The notes beneath the pieces were generated by a model. That model worked only from the letters and a program-made list of their open reading frames with translations. It did no database searches and was not told the origin of the DNA. Shown here one piece after another: positions 1-9,529 of a stretch of 64,000 nucleotides of DNA. The position numbers were made by a program, and so were the translations under genes. The DNA is from Candidatus Margulisiibacteriota bacterium. Its GTDB lineage: Bacteria; Margulisbacteria; WOR-1; O2-12-FULL-45-9; XYB2-FULL-48-7. Numbering within the stretch: position 1 is the stretch's first letter; the number at the start of each line of letters is the position of its first letter. Location of the stretch: assembly GCA_041650855.1 (NCBI GenBank), contig JBAZKJ010000002.1, positions 69,076-133,075 of the forward strand. Reading direction: 5' to 3'.

Positions 1-1
1 C

Positions 2-1171
2 TACGACGCGGTGAACGACCTGGTCCGGCGCGGCGTGACCGGCGGTTTCCCCGACGGCACTTACCGCGGCAAGAAGAACATGAGCCGCTTCGAGATCGCG
101 GCGTTCATTTCCAAGTTTTCCCAGTCCTTCAGCCGGCAGCGCGGCGCCAGCGAAAAACTGGTGGCGGAGCTCCGCTCGGAGCTGGCGCTCATCCAGGCCG
201 ACGCCGACCGGCGGAAAAAAGCGACGCGGGTGGAAGCCGACCTGCTCGGCCAGTGGCGGGCGGCGCGGGCGGCGGCCAGGCGTGGCGGCCGCGCCGATTA
301 CCGGCTGAAGACGGCGATCATCCGGAACTTTTCCGACCTGGCAAGTTTCCGGCTCGACCTGGATACGATGGACGCCGGCTACGATAACGGCGACCGCGAC
401 CTGGCGCGCGAACTGCTCGACTTTGCCGGCGAGGTCAAGCTGGGGCCGGGGGCCTTGCGCGTGACGGAGGGGCCGGGCGACGTGCCGCACAAGGACGACG
501 GGCTTTTTCCCGGCGAGGAGGGGACCAATTACCGGCGGCCGCGCCGGAGCGCCGCCTACGGCGGCCGGGTCGGCCGGACCGATTTCGCGCTGACGCACCA
601 GACCCGCTCGACCGCGCCCGACGGCGTGCTTGGCCTTGAGGAAGTTAGCCTGGAGCTCGGCCAAAGCTTTGACTATGGCCGGGCGGCCGTTATGCCGCGG
701 ACTTTCCGGAGCAACGGCGTCCAGCGAGATAACCGGATCGACCTGACGGCCGAGCTCCGGCCGTTCCCGGAGCTGGCCGGCACGGTCCTGCTCGGCGTCG
801 GTCAAACGGCCGATTACCCGCACGGGCTCTATCTGCGCGGGGAGGTCGGCTACCGCGGCCTGCTGACGCTCGTCGCCCAAAAGATCGGCGCGCGCTACCG
901 GGAGAACGCCAGCTACGACATTTTTGACGTCTTTGACCGTGCCTTGCCGGACGGATCGACAAATTTCGGTTTAGCCCTGGGGTTCGGCGCGGAGTGGTTC
1001 GCCCGCGCGCAGGGGGACTGGACGACGCCGGGCGACGCGCTGACGACCGCCTGGCGCCTGGGCCGGAACCTTGACGATCATTACGCCCTGCAGCTGGTCT
1101 ATCAGACGTACAACAGTACGGCGGTCAGTTTTTCCCAAGCGCTCGGCCTGGAGGCGAACATTAAGATATGA
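2..1171 (+). CDS. SLH-domain outer-membrane beta-barrel (porin-like) protein, 5'-truncated by window edge
   Basis: Frame is open from position 2 (YDAVNDLVRRGVTGGFPDGTYRG..MSRFEIAAF = SLH motif). A coiled coil follows, then amphipathic beta-strand-like sequence. Shares YRLK..LDTMD.GY with 3005..4429. Confidence 0.75.
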   Translation, partial: YDAVNDLVRRGVTGGFPDGTYRGKKNMSRFEIAAFISKFSQSFSRQRGASEKLVAELRSELALIQADADRRKKATRVEADLLGQWRAARAAARRGGRADYRLKTAIIRNFSDLASFRLDLDTMDAGYDNGDRDLARELLDFAGEVKLGPGALRVTEGPGDVPHKDDGLFPGEEGTNYRRPRRSAAYGGRVGRTDFALTHQTRSTAPDGVLGLEEVSLELGQSFDYGRAAVMPRTFRSNGVQRDNRIDLTAELRPFPELAGTVLLGVGQTADYPHGLYLRGEVGYRGLLTLVAQKIGARYRENASYDIFDVFDRALPDGSTNFGLALGFGAEWFARAQGDWTTPGDALTTAWRLGRNLDDHYALQLVYQTYNSTAVSFSQALGLEANIKI

Positions 1172-2970
1172 ACATCGCGGTCTTGCTTTTGATCACGGCC
1201 CCGCTCTTTGTCCTGGCTTACTTTTGGTACGGCGGTTTTCTGGCCCGGGTGCTGGGGACCGACGACCGGCGCCGGACCCCGGCGATGGAGATCAACGACG
1301 GGGTGGATTATGTCCCGACCAAGACGCCGGTCATCTTTGCCCACCATTTTTCCGCCATTGCCGGCGCCGGGCCGATCGTCGGCCCGACGATCGCCCTGTT
1401 CTACGGTTACTTGCCGGTCTGGCTCTGGATCGTGGTCGGTGCCGTCTTTTTCGGCGCCGTGCACGACTTTACCGCGCTCTTTATCAGCGTCCGGGAGCGG
1501 GGACGCTCCATGGCGGAAGTGGCGGGACAAACGCTGGGACGCTCGGGCTTCGCGCTCTTCATCTCTTTTACCATCATCATGATCGTCCTGGTCACTTCCG
1601 CTTTTCTCGGTTTGACCGCGAAGGCATTGACCTCGTTGGCGCCGCTCAGCATCCTGGGGGCGGTGGCAGGCCAGGGCCTGGTCAAAACGGTCCTGGTCGA
1701 CGGGGTAGAGTGCGCCCGGATCGGCGGCATCGCTTCGACCTCGACGATCTTCATTACGCTGCTGTCGCCCCTGATCGGTTATTTCCTTTTCATCAGAAAA
1801 GCCAACACGACCCTGATGTCGGTCCTGGCCGGGTTGGTGGCGGTCGCCAGCATCCTTCTCGGTTTCGCGTTCCCGCTGACGATCGATTTCCGGCTCTGGA
1901 TGGTCATTTTATCGCTCTATACTTTGCTGGCTGCCGGCGTACCGGTTTGGGCCATACTGCAGCCGCGCGACCTGGCCAATGTCCAGATCTTGTACGCCGG
2001 GATCGTCCTCCTGGCGCTGGGGATCGTCAGCTGCGCGGTCGCGGGAGTAACTTTTACCGCGCCGGCCCTGAACCTGTGGCCGGCGAACAACAGCCCGGCG
2101 CTCGGTTTTATCTGGCCGGTCCTGTTCATCACGGTCGCCTGCGGGGCGATCTCCGGTTTTCACGCGCTCGTTTCCGGCGGCACTTCGGCCAAGCAGGTGG
2201 AGAAAGAATCGCACACCAGGGCGATCGGTTTCGGCGGCATGCTGCTGGAGGGTTTTCTTTCGGTCTGCGTCGTTTCCGTGGTGGCGGCCGGCTTGCAATT
2301 CACCGATTACGTCAATCTCGTTTTTCCGGCGGAGATCGCCCGGTCGAACCCGATCCTCGCCTTCGCGCTCGGCGCCGGCAATATCCTCAACCGCGGGCTC
2401 GGCATCCCGCCGGAGATCGGCGCGATCTTCGGCATCCTGCTGGTGGAAGGGTTCGTCATCACGACACTGGACACGGCGGTCCGACTCAACCGTTATCTGT
2501 TCGAGGAACTGTGGGGGCTGATCTTCAAAAAGGTCCCCCGGCTTTTGCGGGCTTATTGGTTCAATTCGTTCCTCTCCGTCGCCTTGATGCTGTTCCTCGG
2601 CTATTCCAACGCCTACATCACGATCTGGCCGATCTTCGGGACCGGCAACCAGCTGCTGGCGGCGCTGACCCTGATCGCCGTTTCCGCCTGGCTGATGGTC
2701 CGGGGAAAACCGGCCTGGTTCACGGTTTGGCCGGCGCTTTTCATGATCGCGACCACTTTCGCGTCGCTGCTGCTGCTCTTGTTCACCAAGTACCTGCCGG
2801 CCGGGAATTACCCGCTGGTCGCGGCCGATCTGCTTCTTTTGGCCTTGGCTTTCGGCATGGCGGCCAAGGGAGCGCAATTGTTCATTAAACTGAAAAGAGG
2901 GGCGCGCTTCAACGCTAAAACGCTAGAACAACAGGCGCAGGATAAACTGGGGGACGAGTTGCATATTTAA
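1168..2970 (+). CDS. cstA: Carbon starvation protein A family peptide/pyruvate transporter
   Basis: Motifs HHFSAIAGAGPIVGP, GAVHDF, ITVACGAISGFHAL, TTLDTAVRL, IWPIFGTGNQLLAAL; highly hydrophobic; ATGA overlap with upstream gene. Confidence 0.93.
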   Translation: MNIAVLLLITAPLFVLAYFWYGGFLARVLGTDDRRRTPAMEINDGVDYVPTKTPVIFAHHFSAIAGAGPIVGPTIALFYGYLPVWLWIVVGAVFFGAVHDFTALFISVRERGRSMAEVAGQTLGRSGFALFISFTIIMIVLVTSAFLGLTAKALTSLAPLSILGAVAGQGLVKTVLVDGVECARIGGIASTSTIFITLLSPLIGYFLFIRKANTTLMSVLAGLVAVASILLGFAFPLTIDFRLWMVILSLYTLLAAGVPVWAILQPRDLANVQILYAGIVLLALGIVSCAVAGVTFTAPALNLWPANNSPALGFIWPVLFITVACGAISGFHALVSGGTSAKQVEKESHTRAIGFGGMLLEGFLSVCVVSVVAAGLQFTDYVNLVFPAEIARSNPILAFALGAGNILNRGLGIPPEIGAIFGILLVEGFVITTLDTAVRLNRYLFEELWGLIFKKVPRLLRAYWFNSFLSVALMLFLGYSNAYITIWPIFGTGNQLLAALTLIAVSAWLMVRGKPAWFTVWPALFMIATTFASLLLLLFTKYLPAGNYPLVAADLLLLALAFGMAAKGAQLFIKLKRGARFNAKTLEQQAQDKLGDELHI

Positions 2971-2988
2971 GTCGCAAAGTGCTATACT
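2959..2988 (+). promoter_or_regulatory. Sigma70-type promoter
   Basis: TTGCAT-18 nt-TATACT with extended TG, upstream of ATG 3005. Confidence 0.55.
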
Positions 2989-3004
2989 AAAATATCGGGA
3001 TAAT

Positions 3005-4429
3005 ATGCGAAAATATCTGATTTTATTGTTCATTGTCTGCCTGACATTGCCCGGCCTGGCCGAGAATGCCGAAAAAACCTTTAAGCTCAAAGACCTGCCC
3101 GATGACCACTGGGCCGCTTCCGCCGTGTACGACCTGGTCAAGCTCGGAGTGACCAAGGGATATCCCGACGGCACTTTCCGCGGCGATAAACCGATCAATC
3201 GCTACGAAGCGGCGATCTTTTTGTCCAAACTGGCCAAGTCGATCGGCAGCGACGATCTCAAGGCGGAGATCAAACAGTTGCGCGACCAGGTCGTGGTCCT
3301 GCAGCAGGCGCCGAAGGAGGAGCTGGTCGTTACCGGCCATTACGAGGGGGACTGGAAAGCGGGCAACGTGCTCTCGTCCAGCGGCGCCTCGCGCGAAGGG
3401 GTGGCCAATTACCGCCTGAAAATGACGGCCAAAAAAGAGCTGAGCGAGAACGCCGACATCAAGATCAACCTCGACACGATGGACTACGGTTATTTTGACG
3501 ACGGCTCGCTGGGCCAACCGGGGCGCGGTTTGCTGGCGACCGACCTGCTCGACATCGAATCGAACATCAATCTGAACCTGTCCGACTGGCGGTTAGCGCA
3601 CCCGGTCGCGCTGAAATTGACCTACGGCCCCGGCGCCAAGCAGCACGCCGCCGATCCGACCGGCGCTTTTCCGAGCGAGATCGGCACCACTTTTGTCCGC
3701 CCGGAGACCGGCATCCTGGCCTCGACCAAGCTGTTCGGCGCCGACGTCAAGGGGGGCTATTACTCGCTGCAGAGCGCGACCCTGGAAACATCGGGCCAGA
3801 TCAACACGAGCCGGATCACCGGCGGCCTCGGCTTTACGCTCGAGCGCTTTCTTCTGGCCAACGCGCTCCGGATCGACCTGACCGGCGATTACATTTCCAG
3901 CGGACTGTTCTCCTCCAACGAACGGAGCATTAAAGCCAAGGTTGACCTGCTGGCGCCGCTGGGGGACAAAGCGCAGGCCAGTACGACGATCGGTCTCGGC
4001 AAAAAGAACAGCCAGATGATGGTTGCCGGTTCGCTGGCCTTGAACGACCTGTGGGAGACCGGCACGGTGTTGACCGTTAAGCTGGCCAAGATCGGCGCCG
4101 AATACATCGATTCCCGTTTTGCCGGCGAAAAGTTCGACCTGGCCGGCTACGATTATTTTAACCGGCCGTACGAGAACGCGACCGTCAACCTGGGCGGCGA
4201 ACTGGTGCAGATCGTTTCCGATAAGGCCCAGCTGGTCGGTAAGGGCGACGTCCGCCTGGCCGGCGACTACCAATACCGGGGACCGCTCGCGCGGTTGACC
4301 GCCCAGGGCGGCATCCGGTACAACCTGGCGCCCAACGTGAACTTTGACGCCGCTTACCGCGTTTACCACGACAAGGCGCAAAACGATACCAGCGACCTGG
4401 CCCAGGTCGGCCTGCTTTATAAATTTTGA
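3005..4429 (+). CDS. SLH-domain outer-membrane beta-barrel (porin-like) protein
   Basis: Signal peptide; SLH motif DLPDDHWAASAVYDLVKLGVTKGYPDGTFRG..INRYEAA; coiled coil; beta-rich C-terminal region ending in Phe (LLYKF). Confidence 0.8.
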   Translation: MRKYLILLFIVCLTLPGLAENAEKTFKLKDLPDDHWAASAVYDLVKLGVTKGYPDGTFRGDKPINRYEAAIFLSKLAKSIGSDDLKAEIKQLRDQVVVLQQAPKEELVVTGHYEGDWKAGNVLSSSGASREGVANYRLKMTAKKELSENADIKINLDTMDYGYFDDGSLGQPGRGLLATDLLDIESNINLNLSDWRLAHPVALKLTYGPGAKQHAADPTGAFPSEIGTTFVRPETGILASTKLFGADVKGGYYSLQSATLETSGQINTSRITGGLGFTLERFLLANALRIDLTGDYISSGLFSSNERSIKAKVDLLAPLGDKAQASTTIGLGKKNSQMMVAGSLALNDLWETGTVLTVKLAKIGAEYIDSRFAGEKFDLAGYDYFNRPYENATVNLGGELVQIVSDKAQLVGKGDVRLAGDYQYRGPLARLTAQGGIRYNLAPNVNFDAAYRVYHDKAQNDTSDLAQVGLLYKF

Positions 4430-4953
4430 TCATCGGCAAGAAGGTCGTCCGCCTCGCCCAAGTCGATTCCACCAATGAGGAAGCGCGCCGCCTGATCAAG
4501 CAGGGCGAGGGGGAGGGCTTGGTGGTGATCGCCGCCAGCCAGACGCAGGGGCGGGGGAAGCCGGGAAGCCGGTGGCTCTCTCCGGCCGGTAATCTGTATT
4601 TTTCCGCGGTCGTCAAACCGTACCGCGATCCGCGCGCGCTCGCCTCGATCACCCTGATCGGCGCGCTGGCCGCCCGGCGCGCGCTGGCCGGGATCGCCCG
4701 TTTGACCGTCGTCATCAAATGGCCGAACGACCTGCTGGTGCGGGGAAAAAAGATCGGCGGCGTGCTGACGGAGCGGGTCCCCTCCGGACACCTGATCATC
4801 GGGATCGGCCTGAACCTGAACGCCGCTCCCGCTCTCCCCACGGCGACCTCCCTGAAAAAAGAGCGCGGCCGGGGCTGCCGCGTTGACCGGTGCGCGGCGC
4901 TGCTGGCGGCCGCCCTGGAGCGGGAGTACCTTGCCTATCTGGGCAAAGTCTGA
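4426..4953 (+). CDS. birA: Biotin--protein ligase, catalytic domain only (no N-terminal HTH)
   Basis: STNEEA, QTQGRGKPG..W, KWPNDLLV.GKKIGGVLTE, IGIGLN; TTG start overlapping upstream TGA. Confidence 0.92.
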   Translation: MIIGKKVVRLAQVDSTNEEARRLIKQGEGEGLVVIAASQTQGRGKPGSRWLSPAGNLYFSAVVKPYRDPRALASITLIGALAARRALAGIARLTVVIKWPNDLLVRGKKIGGVLTERVPSGHLIIGIGLNLNAAPALPTATSLKKERGRGCRVDRCAALLAAALEREYLAYLGKV

Positions 4954-4967
4954 TAATATTTTAGCCA

Positions 4968-5318
4968 ATGTTCACTCGCGGGATCAGAGGCGCGACCACC
5001 GTCAAAAATAACGATAAAGCGGAGATCATTGCCGCGACCACGGAGCTGCTGCGAAAGCTGGTAGCCGATAATTCCTTGCCGGTTGAAACGATCGCTTCGG
5101 CGCTCTTTTCCGCGACTCCCGGCTTGAACGCGGAATTTCCGGCCGTGGCGGCCCGGGAGATCGGCTGGCAAGACACGCCGCTGATGTGCATGCAGGAGAT
5201 CGCCGTTCCCGGCGCCCTGGCGAACTGCATCCGGGTGCTGCTGCTGGTCAACACCGAGAAAAAACCGCAGGAAATGAAACACGTCTATCTACGCGACGCC
5301 GTCAACCTCAGGAGGTAA
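4968..5318 (+). CDS. aroH: Chorismate mutase, AroH class
   Basis: [49 protein letters not shown]. Confidence 0.93.
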   Translation: MFTRGIRGATTVKNNDKAEIIAATTELLRKLVADNSLPVETIASALFSATPGLNAEFPAVAAREIGWQDTPLMCMQEIAVPGALANCIRVLLLVNTEKKPQEMKHVYLRDAVNLRR

Positions 5319-5325
5319 CTTTTTC

Positions 5326-6345
5326 ATGATCATCATCATGCGGCCGGACGCGACCGAAGAGCAGATCGGCCTGATCTCGGAGAAGCTCAAAAAACACGGT
5401 TTTGGCGTCCATCTTTCCCAGGGCGCCGAACGGACCGTGATCGGCGCGATCGGCGATAAATCGGCGATCCAGCTCGAAGCGCTGCAAATGATGCCCGGTG
5501 TCTCCGAGATCGTTCCCATCCGCAAACCGTACAAAATGGTCAGCCGGGAATTCCAAAAAGCGGATACGATCGTGATGCTGCCGGGCGGCGTGAGGATCGG
5601 CGCCGGCCAAAAGATCGCCGTGATGGCCGGTCCGTGCTCGGTCGAAGGGGAAAAGGAATTTCTGGAGGTCGCGGAAGCGGTCAAGCGGGCCGGCGCGAAC
5701 ATTTTACGCGGCGGCGCTTTCAAGCCGCGCACCTCGCCCTACGCTTTTCAGGGGTTGGGGGAGCAGGGGTTGAAGTTCATGGCCAAAGCGCGGGAGAAGA
5801 CGGGATTGCCGTTCGTCACCGAGGTCATGGATACCCGCGACGTGGAGCTGGTCGCCCGGTACGCGGACATGCTGCAGATCGGCGCGCGGAACATGGCCAA
5901 TTTTAATTTGTTGAAAGAGGTCGGCAAGACCAAAAAACCGATCTTGCTGAAAAGAGGCCCCGGGTCGACCATCCAGGAGTGGCTGATGTCGGCCGAATAT
6001 ATCCTCTCGGAAGGGAACAAGCAGGTCGTCTTGTGCGAACGGGGGATCAGGACCTTTGAAACGGCGACCAGGAACACCCTCGACATTAACGCCGTCCCGG
6101 TCGTGAAGAAATTGACCCATTTGCCGGTCATTGTCGACCCCAGCCACGGGACGGGCGAGTGGTACTTGGTCCCGGCGATCGCCCGGGCGGGGATCGCCGC
6201 CGGCGCCGACGGATTGATGATCGAGGTCCATCCCCGGCCGGAAGAAGCGATGAGCGACGGGGCGCAATCGCTTAAACCTGATACTTTTACCGAGCTGATG
6301 ACTAGCTTGCGGGCCGTAGCGCAGGCAGTTGGGCGTCAATTGTAG
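5326..6345 (+). CDS. aroF: DAHP synthase type I-beta with N-terminal regulatory domain
   Basis: [42 protein letters not shown]. Confidence 0.95.
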   Translation: MIIIMRPDATEEQIGLISEKLKKHGFGVHLSQGAERTVIGAIGDKSAIQLEALQMMPGVSEIVPIRKPYKMVSREFQKADTIVMLPGGVRIGAGQKIAVMAGPCSVEGEKEFLEVAEAVKRAGANILRGGAFKPRTSPYAFQGLGEQGLKFMAKAREKTGLPFVTEVMDTRDVELVARYADMLQIGARNMANFNLLKEVGKTKKPILLKRGPGSTIQEWLMSAEYILSEGNKQVVLCERGIRTFETATRNTLDINAVPVVKKLTHLPVIVDPSHGTGEWYLVPAIARAGIAAGADGLMIEVHPRPEEAMSDGAQSLKPDTFTELMTSLRAVAQAVGRQL

Positions 6346-7414
6346 CCAGCAGTTTGTCCAGGTCGGTCCGCTGCAGCGCCGAGACCGCGACCGCCGGCCG
6401 ATACTTGCTCAAGACCTTTTTTGCCGCTTTGCCTTCCAGCTTGTCGATCTTGTTGAAGACCGTGATCAGCGGTTTGGCTATTCCTCCCAAATCTTCCAGG
6501 ACCTGGTAGACGGCGGCGATCTGCTGTTCGTAATAATTGCTGGAGAGGTCAACAACGTGGAGCAGCAAGTCGGCTTCCGTCACTTCCTCCAGGGTTGCCC
6601 GGAAGGCGGCCACCAGCGAGTGGGGGAGCTTTTGGATGAAACCGACGGTGTCGGTCACGAGGATCGTCCGTCCCGACGGCAGGTACAGGCGCCGGACCGT
6701 CGGGTCGAGCGTCGCGAACAGTTTATCCTGGACCAGGACCCCCGCCTTGGTCAGCGCGTTGAGCAGGGTCGATTTGCCGGAGTTGGTGTAGCCGACCAGC
6801 ACGGCGGAAATGATCCGGCTGGAGCGCCGCTGTTCCCTTTTTAACTGCCGTTCCGCCCGGACCTTTTCGATCTGCTCCTTGAGCTGGGAGATCTTTTTCC
6901 GCAGGCGGCGGCGGTCGTACTCCAGCTTGGTCTCGCCGGGGCCGCGGGTGGCGATGCCGCCGCCCAGGCGCGACATGGCGGCGCCGTGGCCGGTCAACCT
7001 GGTCAGGAGGAACGTCGCCTGCGCCAGTTCGACCTGCAAGTTGCCTTCGCGGCTGCGGGCGTGCTGGGCGAAAATGTCGAGGATCAGCTCGGTCCGGTCG
7101 ATCACTTTGATCCCGATCATGTCTTCCAGGTTCCGTTCCTGGGACGGGGAAAGCTCATGGTCGAAAACGGCCAGGTTGGCGCCGGTCGCGGCGATCAACG
7201 CCTGCAGCTCGGTGACCTTGCCGGCCCCGATAAAATATTTTGCGTCCGGCCGCTCCCGGTTCTGGGTCAGCGTGCCGACGACCGCCGCGCCGGCGGTGGC
7301 CGTCAGCCTTTCCAGCTCGGCCAGCGAAAGGGCGAGGGGAAATTGGTCGCGGGGAAAACCGACGCCGACCAGCAGGGCTTTTTCGATCGCCGGCAAGATT
7401 AATTTTTCGCTCAT
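6302..7414 (-). CDS. hflX: GTPase HflX
   Basis: [44 protein letters not shown]. Confidence 0.96.
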   Translation of the reverse strand: MSEKLILPAIEKALLVGVGFPRDQFPLALSLAELERLTATAGAAVVGTLTQNRERPDAKYFIGAGKVTELQALIAATGANLAVFDHELSPSQERNLEDMIGIKVIDRTELILDIFAQHARSREGNLQVELAQATFLLTRLTGHGAAMSRLGGGIATRGPGETKLEYDRRRLRKKISQLKEQIEKVRAERQLKREQRRSSRIISAVLVGYTNSGKSTLLNALTKAGVLVQDKLFATLDPTVRRLYLPSGRTILVTDTVGFIQKLPHSLVAAFRATLEEVTEADLLLHVVDLSSNYYEQQIAAVYQVLEDLGGIAKPLITVFNKIDKLEGKAAKKVLSKYRPAVAVSALQRTDLDKLLATIDAQLPALRPAS

Positions 7415-7422
7415 TTTACACT

Positions 7423-7444
7423 ATTATATCACATGTGTTATAAT
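7423..7444. promoter_or_regulatory. Back-to-back extended -10 promoters for hflX (-) and receiver gene (+)
   Basis: Minus strand TG-A-TATAAT (7431-7423) lies 8 nt before the hflX ATG; plus strand TG-T-TATAAT at 7436-7444. Confidence 0.55.
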
Positions 7445-7449
7445 CAGCC

Positions 7450-7845
7450 GTGTCAACCATGACCGACGCGACACCAAAAAAGATCCTGGTCGTTGACGAC
7501 GAACCGGACGTTGCCTCGCTCCTGACCCTGATGCTTAAATCACAGGGTTACGCGGTCATCACGGCCGGTGACGGCCAGGAGGCGCTGGAAAAGGCGCGCG
7601 GCGAGGCCCCCGACCTGATCCTGCTCGATGTCATGCTCCCCCGCATGGACGGCTACAAAGTCGCCCGCATGCTCAAGTTCGACGAGAACTACAGCCACAT
7701 CCCGATCATCATGCTCACGGCCAAGATCCAGGACCGGGACAAGCAGACCGGGTTGGAGATGGGGGCCAACGATTACCTGACCAAGCCGTTCGACACCACC
7801 GTCCTGCTCGATAAGATCAAAGACATTTTAGAAAAAAAGGGGTAA
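7450..7845 (+). CDS. Single-domain response regulator (receiver only)
   Basis: ILVVDDE, LILLDVMLP.MDG, IIMLTA, YLTKPF; no output domain; start may be ATG 7459. Confidence 0.92.
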   Translation: MSTMTDATPKKILVVDDEPDVASLLTLMLKSQGYAVITAGDGQEALEKARGEAPDLILLDVMLPRMDGYKVARMLKFDENYSHIPIIMLTAKIQDRDKQTGLEMGANDYLTKPFDTTVLLDKIKDILEKKG

Positions 7846-7855
7846 AATACCGGCC

Positions 7856-9529
7856 ATGGTCGACCAAAGCAAATCGTTGCGCGACAGTCTGGTGAACAGC
7901 GGCCTGCTGTCCGAGGCCCAGGTCAAAGAAGCGATCGACGAGGGGCGCCGGACCGGCGAGACCCTGATCCGCAGTCTCTTGCGCAAAGGGATGCTCGATG
8001 AAGGATCGCTGATCTCTTTCCTGGAAAAAGAGATGGAGATCCCCCGCGTCGACCTGGGCAGTTACCTGGTCGACCAGCGGACGGTTAACCTGGTCCCGAT
8101 CAGCATTGCCAAGAAATACCGCCTGATCCCGCTGTTCAAGGTCGGCGACGTGCTGACCATCGCGATGGTCGACCCGTTCGACGTGCTGGCCCTGGACGAG
8201 GTCCGGACCAGGACCAAATCGGACGTTGAGCCGATGGTCGCGACGGCCAAGGAGATCGACCAGGCGATCTCCCAGTATTACGGCGTGGCCGGTTCGGTCG
8301 AGGACATCCTGAAAGATCTCGGGCCGGTGCCGGAATCCCAGGTCCCGACGGTCGTGGAGGCGCCGGCGGAAGAGGCGCCGATCATCAAGCTGGTCAATAC
8401 CCTGGTGATGCGCGCCCTGATGGAGAACGCCTCCGACGTGCACATCGAGCCGACCGACCAGCATATCCGGATCCGTTACCGGGTCGACGGCCTGATGCAC
8501 GACGTTTCCAATACGCCGCTCCACCTTTTATCCTCCATCGTGACCCGGATCAAGGTGATGTCCAAAATGGATATCGCCGAGTCCCGTCTCCCGCAAGACG
8601 GCCGCTTTGAACTGAAGGTGGAGAACAAGACGGTCGATGTCCGCGTCTCCTCTTTCCCCACCATTTACGGCGAAGCGATCGTCATGCGGCTGCTCGACAA
8701 GAGCAGCGCGATCTTCACGCTCGGGGAACTGGGTTTTAACGAAAGCAACTTGAAGCAGTTCGACGAAACGATCAAGCGGCCGTACGGCATTATTCTGGTG
8801 ACCGGCCCGACCGGTTCCGGTAAAACGACGACCCTGTATGCCACCCTGAGCCGGATCGTGACCCCGGAAAAGAACATCATGACGGTCGAGGACCCGGTTG
8901 AGTACGAATTGGCCGGGATCCGGCAGTCGCAGATCAACCCGAAGGCGGGCATGGAATTCGCGACCGCGCTGCGCTCCATGCTCCGGCAGGACCCCGACGT
9001 GATCTTGGTCGGCGAGATCCGCGACCTGGAAACCGCCCGGGTCGCCATTCAGGCGGCGCTGACCGGCCACCTGGTCTTTTCCACGCTGCATACCAATGAC
9101 GCGGCCGGCACGCTGAACCGGCTGGTCGACATGGGGATCGAGCCGTTCCTGACCTCCTCGGCGGTGGCAGCGGTCATTGCCCAGCGCCTGATCCGGACGA
9201 TCTGCCCGCGCTGCAAGACCGCTTACACGCCCTTGCCGGAGTTGCTGGAAAAGATCGGCCTGGACCCGAAGAAAAAATACGAGTTTTTCCAGGGCAAAGG
9301 GTGCAAGACCTGCCGGAGCACCGGCTATAAAGGCCGGATGGGAATATTCGAACTCCTGACCGTTGATGCCAAGATTCAGGAGCTGGTCCTGCGCAAGGCC
9401 AACACCAACGAGATCAAGCAGCAGGCGATCCAGAACGGGATGAAGACGCTGCGCGACGACGGCCTGCAGAAGGTGCTGGAAGGGAAAACCACGATCGACG
9501 AAGTGCTGCGGGTGACCCAGCTTGACTAA
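7856..9529 (+). CDS. pilB: Type IV pilus assembly ATPase PilB/GspE
   Basis: N-terminal GspE_N-like domain, ASDVHIEP, RLPQDGR, GPTGSGKTT, EDPVE, RQDPDVILVGEIRD, TGHLVFSTLH, CxxC pairs. Confidence 0.92.
   Translation: MVDQSKSLRDSLVNSGLLSEAQVKEAIDEGRRTGETLIRSLLRKGMLDEGSLISFLEKEMEIPRVDLGSYLVDQRTVNLVPISIAKKYRLIPLFKVGDVLTIAMVDPFDVLALDEVRTRTKSDVEPMVATAKEIDQAISQYYGVAGSVEDILKDLGPVPESQVPTVVEAPAEEAPIIKLVNTLVMRALMENASDVHIEPTDQHIRIRYRVDGLMHDVSNTPLHLLSSIVTRIKVMSKMDIAESRLPQDGRFELKVENKTVDVRVSSFPTIYGEAIVMRLLDKSSAIFTLGELGFNESNLKQFDETIKRPYGIILVTGPTGSGKTTTLYATLSRIVTPEKNIMTVEDPVEYELAGIRQSQINPKAGMEFATALRSMLRQDPDVILVGEIRDLETARVAIQAALTGHLVFSTLHTNDAAGTLNRLVDMGIEPFLTSSAVAAVIAQRLIRTICPRCKTAYTPLPELLEKIGLDPKKKYEFFQGKGCKTCRSTGYKGRMGIFELLTVDAKIQELVLRKANTNEIKQQAIQNGMKTLRDDGLQKVLEGKTTIDEVLRVTQLD

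Noticed and set aside
6175-6182. Cyanobacterial-level HIP1 (GCGATCGC) iteration
   Set aside because: Only about six octamers were noticed in 64 kb; only the hexamer core looks enriched
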